Positions 26,673 to 29,562 of a stretch of DNA of 29,562 bases are shown here, one piece after another (within the stretch, counting starts at the first letter, position 1; every line of letters begins with the position of its first letter). Below the pieces are notes generated by a model, which made no database searches, was not told the origin of the DNA, and was given only the letters and a program-made list of their open reading frames with translations. The stretch is from positions 1 through 29,562 of IMG/VR virus record IMGVR_UViG_3300047308_000080, one strand, 5' to 3'. This stretch comes from a virus. Taxonomy: Duplodnaviria > Caudoviricetes. Position numbers and translations under genes: made by a program.

Positions 26673-26770
26673 AAATAACAATAGTAACAATAACAACAGA
26701 TATAACCAATAGTACAGATAGTACCTATACTACTAGTACTACCGACACACACACACACACACCACAACCA
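26673..26770. repeat. Degenerate ~9-nt tandem repeats and (CA)n tract
   Basis: AATAACAAT AGTAACAAT ... AGTACAGAT AGTACCTAT ACTACTAGT ACTACCGAC then an AC dinucleotide run. Confidence 0.65.
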
Positions 26771-26785
26771 CTGTCTACCCGACTT

Positions 26786-27460
26786 ATGGCACCCGACATC
26801 AAACAACCATTCGAACAACCGTACCCCGCTAACGTTCGTCTCATCTGGATCACACCAGACGCAGAACGTACCATTGAGTATTGTGCTAGGGTCAGTAACC
26901 CAAAGGGACAAGACAAGCTAGACACAACCGGAAAGTTGCTGCGCTATCTTGTTGCTAATAAACATTGGTCTCCGTTTGAGATGGCGAGCTGTTGCGTGGA
27001 GATCACCACAACAAGAGACATCTCTGCTCAGATCCTTCGTCATAGGTCGTTTTCCTTTCAGGAGTTCTCTCAGAGATACGCGTCTACGGTTGACGGGTTA
27101 GGGGGGCTGGAGATTCCGTACCTCCGTAGGCAGGACCTGACCAACCGCCAAGCTTCCCACGATGATTTAACCCGAGAGGAAACGCAAGCCTTTTATCGGC
27201 GCATCTCTACCTTGTTTGAGGACCTGGAACACCTCTACCAAGAAATGTTGTCAGCGGGTATCGCTAAGGAGTGTGCTCGTAAGATCCTTCCCCTAAACAG
27301 TCCTACTCGGCTTTATATGTCGGGAACCATTCGGTCGTGGATTCATTACCTTTCCGTGAGGCGCGGTCCAGAAACCCAAATGGAACATCGTGTCATTGCA
27401 TCACAGATCAATCAAATTCTTAATAAACAAATGCCAAACCTATGGGAAGTGATCAATTAG
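26786..27460 (+). CDS. thyX: Flavin-dependent thymidylate synthase
   Basis: CARVS, HWSPFE, ThyX signature QILRHRSFSFQEFSQRY, GIAKECARKILP, Q-x-EHR. Confidence 0.97.
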   Translation: MAPDIKQPFEQPYPANVRLIWITPDAERTIEYCARVSNPKGQDKLDTTGKLLRYLVANKHWSPFEMASCCVEITTTRDISAQILRHRSFSFQEFSQRYASTVDGLGGLEIPYLRRQDLTNRQASHDDLTREETQAFYRRISTLFEDLEHLYQEMLSAGIAKECARKILPLNSPTRLYMSGTIRSWIHYLSVRRGPETQMEHRVIASQINQILNKQMPNLWEVIN

Positions 27461-27741
27461 ATCTGAATGAGTTTCGGATCCTGTATCGGGGATTAAGTCA
27501 TAGGCTGCCGGATTGGGCGGCCTTTCTCCTTCTTGGTGTCTTGGTGTGGATTGAACAAAAGACAATCAAAGCAAGAATCAAGAACGAGGTAAATGAAGCA
27601 ATTCAGGAATATGAGAAGATTGATCCTCCTGAGGTTGTCATCCCTCCACCGATCTATTCGGAAACGGGAACGGACTTCTTTGACGAGATGAGGCTGACAG
27701 CCCCCTGGCTTGACCGTAAGCACCCCTCTGACTCTCCGTAG
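27442..27741 (+). CDS. Hypothetical protein with one hydrophobic segment
   Basis: Overlaps thyX end; WAAFLLLGVLVWI; acidic Pro-rich C-terminus. Confidence 0.6.
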   Translation: MGSDQLDLNEFRILYRGLSHRLPDWAAFLLLGVLVWIEQKTIKARIKNEVNEAIQEYEKIDPPEVVIPPPIYSETGTDFFDEMRLTAPWLDRKHPSDSP

Positions 27742-27825
27742 GTGACATAGCACCTCCGGCTCCTCAGAGGGCACCTGTGGGGTCATACGCGGGCCTGTTG
27801 AATTTTGACACAACAAAAACAAACC

Positions 27826-28506
27826 ATGAAACAGATTGTTGGTGATGGTCCTGTTCAAATATTCTCTCGCAATGAATCCTCTAGAAATAGTGGATCCACC
27901 AAAAAAATTAAAACCAAAATCGTTCAATGCTTAAAGTGTTTAAACGAACGTGTGGTGCCAGCTAAACCATCCATACTTTCTAAGGCCCTTCAGGCATCCT
28001 GTATGGCCTGTCAAAAGGCTGTTGCGTATGCTAAGGCCGCCGAGGTAGCTGAAGCCCGTCAAAGACGATTTTTGGAGGCTTTGGAAAAAAAAGCACAAAA
28101 AGAAAAACGTAACTTAGAAGCGTTTAATCGTTTGTGTAAGTACTGTGGGGTTCAATGGAAAAGCGAAAAACGTTTGCATGGGTATCATGTTGGCCATGGC
28201 TCAGTTTGTTCTGATTGTCAAAAAGTTTCTACAGCTCGAAAAACACGGGCTAAGACTTATGGTATTACAGTTGATGAAGTCGAAGCTTTGTTCCCAGAAG
28301 GAAAAACTTTTTGTATGAACCCTGGTTGTCAAAAAGAAGTGGCCGAGATTGCCCCTACTCGTGGTCAACAAGGGGTAATTGACCATTGCCATGCTACTGG
28401 CGTTGTCCGTGGTGTGTTGTGTACTCAATGTAATATGGCTTTAGGTCTTTTGGGGGAATCACCTGGGCGGATATTGGGGCTGTTTGTTTACCAGCAGGGG
28501 GAGTAA
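27826..28506 (+). CDS. Endonuclease VII-family nuclease with Cys-rich N-terminus
   Basis: Four CxxC pairs, YGITVDE, VIDHCHATGVVRGVLCTQCNMALGLLGES; ATG 27826 preferred over TTG 27805. Confidence 0.88.
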   Translation: MKQIVGDGPVQIFSRNESSRNSGSTKKIKTKIVQCLKCLNERVVPAKPSILSKALQASCMACQKAVAYAKAAEVAEARQRRFLEALEKKAQKEKRNLEAFNRLCKYCGVQWKSEKRLHGYHVGHGSVCSDCQKVSTARKTRAKTYGITVDEVEALFPEGKTFCMNPGCQKEVAEIAPTRGQQGVIDHCHATGVVRGVLCTQCNMALGLLGESPGRILGLFVYQQGE

Positions 28507-28523
28507 CATCCCCCTTAACTTTT
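28496..28523 (+). terminator. Terminator-like hairpin at the EndoVII stop
   Basis: AGGGGGA-gtaaca-TCCCCCT then TAACTTTT. Confidence 0.45.
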
Positions 28524-28855
28524 GACGTAGCGGTGTGAAGTGCTTACGCATGTACGGCGGCGCCGGAATCCCCCCATGGCCCCCCGTGTCTTGGGATTCT
28601 TGGCCATCCCCGACCCCATTGTGTCCAATCCGTGTCCAACCGGCCCTGTCCAGCCCCAGATGCCAGGCCACCACTGGGCTGATTACCTGTTGTAAACACA
28701 GATACGCAAGGATTTGGACAGGACAAGTGGTACAAATGCACTCATGTGCTACATACAACGCGGGCGCGTGTAGTACGCGTGTTCTATTTATATAAAAAAT
28801 CTGTGCCCATCAGATAAACTTATCATTGACATAAGCAACACTTATCAATAACCCC

Positions 28856-28885
28856 TTGACACTGACCAGGGGCAGGGGCCATCAT
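28856..28885 (+). promoter_or_regulatory. Candidate host sigma70 early promoter
   Basis: TTGACA (28856-28861), 18 nt spacer, CATCAT; ~50 nt before the first early-type gene. Confidence 0.5.
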
Positions 28886-28937
28886 TGGCACATCGGACGG
28901 GAACCACACCGGAACCGACCACACAAACACACCAGCC

Positions 28938-29228
28938 ATGGACGGACTCAAAGGCTTCATTCACTACTGCGCCGAGAATGACTATTACGGCAACCCTCAG
29001 CGGTTGTATGTATTGAGCAATGAGGACGGTAAGTTCATCGCCGCTTGGGATGAAGGATACCTGGGCTCCGATGCTGTTCCTGGTATCTGGCGCAAGGAAG
29101 CCTATCAGGCTCAACGGTTCGATATCAGTGTTACAAAGTACAAACAGCTGCTGCGTACTTTGCCCAGCCCAGACTATGCTCACGAGGTAGAGGGTTATGC
29201 TCACCTTCGTGAACTTATCAACGCCTGA
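28938..29228 (+). CDS. Hypothetical early protein
   Basis: 96 aa after an A/C-rich leader and candidate promoter; YYGNPQRLYV motif. Confidence 0.75.
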   Translation: MDGLKGFIHYCAENDYYGNPQRLYVLSNEDGKFIAAWDEGYLGSDAVPGIWRKEAYQAQRFDISVTKYKQLLRTLPSPDYAHEVEGYAHLRELINA

Positions 29229-29230
29229 TC

Positions 29231-29272
29231 GTTACAAATAGGGTAGAGTTAATCGCCTACCCTTTCTGTAGC
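29231..29272 (+). promoter_or_regulatory. Intergenic stem-loop, RNase III site-like
   Basis: GTTACA/TGTAGC and AGGGTAG/CTACCCT stems with a 3x3 internal loop, between early genes as in T7. Confidence 0.5.
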
Positions 29273-29313
29273 TATTACTGCTACCAACATTCAGCATCAC
29301 CAACCAAATCACA

Positions 29314-29472
29314 ATGTCTGACCTAACACCGCAACAAATCCGTGATGAGTTTGCCTCACTGTGGGAAGATGAAGTTATTGGCAAAGAGTATTTATTGCGG
29401 GCATTGTCTAACTATGTCAGCACTGATACCTTGGCTGAGTTTATGGATGACCTCGCAAATGGGAGGGCTTGA
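29314..29472 (+). CDS. Small acidic hypothetical early protein (52 aa)
   Basis: Hand-translated MSDLTPQQIRDEFASLWEDEVIGKEYLLRALSNYVSTDTLAEFMDDLANGRA*. Confidence 0.65.
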   Translation: MSDLTPQQIRDEFASLWEDEVIGKEYLLRALSNYVSTDTLAEFMDDLANGRA

Positions 29473-29475
29473 GTA

Positions 29476-29562
29476 ATGAAAACCGCAACCTTTCGCATTA
29501 CCACAAGCTACGGCAACGTTAGGTGTTATCCTGTCGATGCCACTGCCAAACTACTCTGTGAG
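29476..29562 (+). CDS. Hypothetical early protein, 3' end outside window
   Basis: GGAGG SD then ATG; MKTATFRITTSYGNVRCYPVDATAKLLCE open to the window end. Confidence 0.6.
   Translation, partial: MKTATFRITTSYGNVRCYPVDATAKLLCE

Noticed and set aside
26360-26770. CRISPR-like mini-array
   Set aside because: Only two 18-bp copies with a 16-bp spacer; no cas genes.

Overview
Late (morphogenesis, lysis, packaging) half of a T7-like podovirus (Autographiviridae-type), most likely infecting a picocyanobacterium; every credible gene is on the + strand. Order: portal (5'-truncated), scaffold, small basic ORF and RlpA-like DPBB protein, major capsid, tail tubular A/B, gp13-gp16-like internal virion proteins, tail fibre with beta-helix and S74 chaperone, holin-like ORF, EndoVII nuclease, C39-like peptidase, spike/fibre module, small terminase, a ~3.2 kb array of mostly Lys/Arg-rich small genes, large terminase, a ~740 bp structured then AT-rich non-coding region, thyX, a second EndoVII nuclease, a probable genome-end region and the first early genes. 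The most unusual parts are the basic-protein array with shared gene starts and a junction repeat, the non-coding region after terL, the compositional mosaics in the spike and tail fibre genes, and recurrent hairpins before structural genes. All family calls come from motif recognition and synteny; no searches were run.
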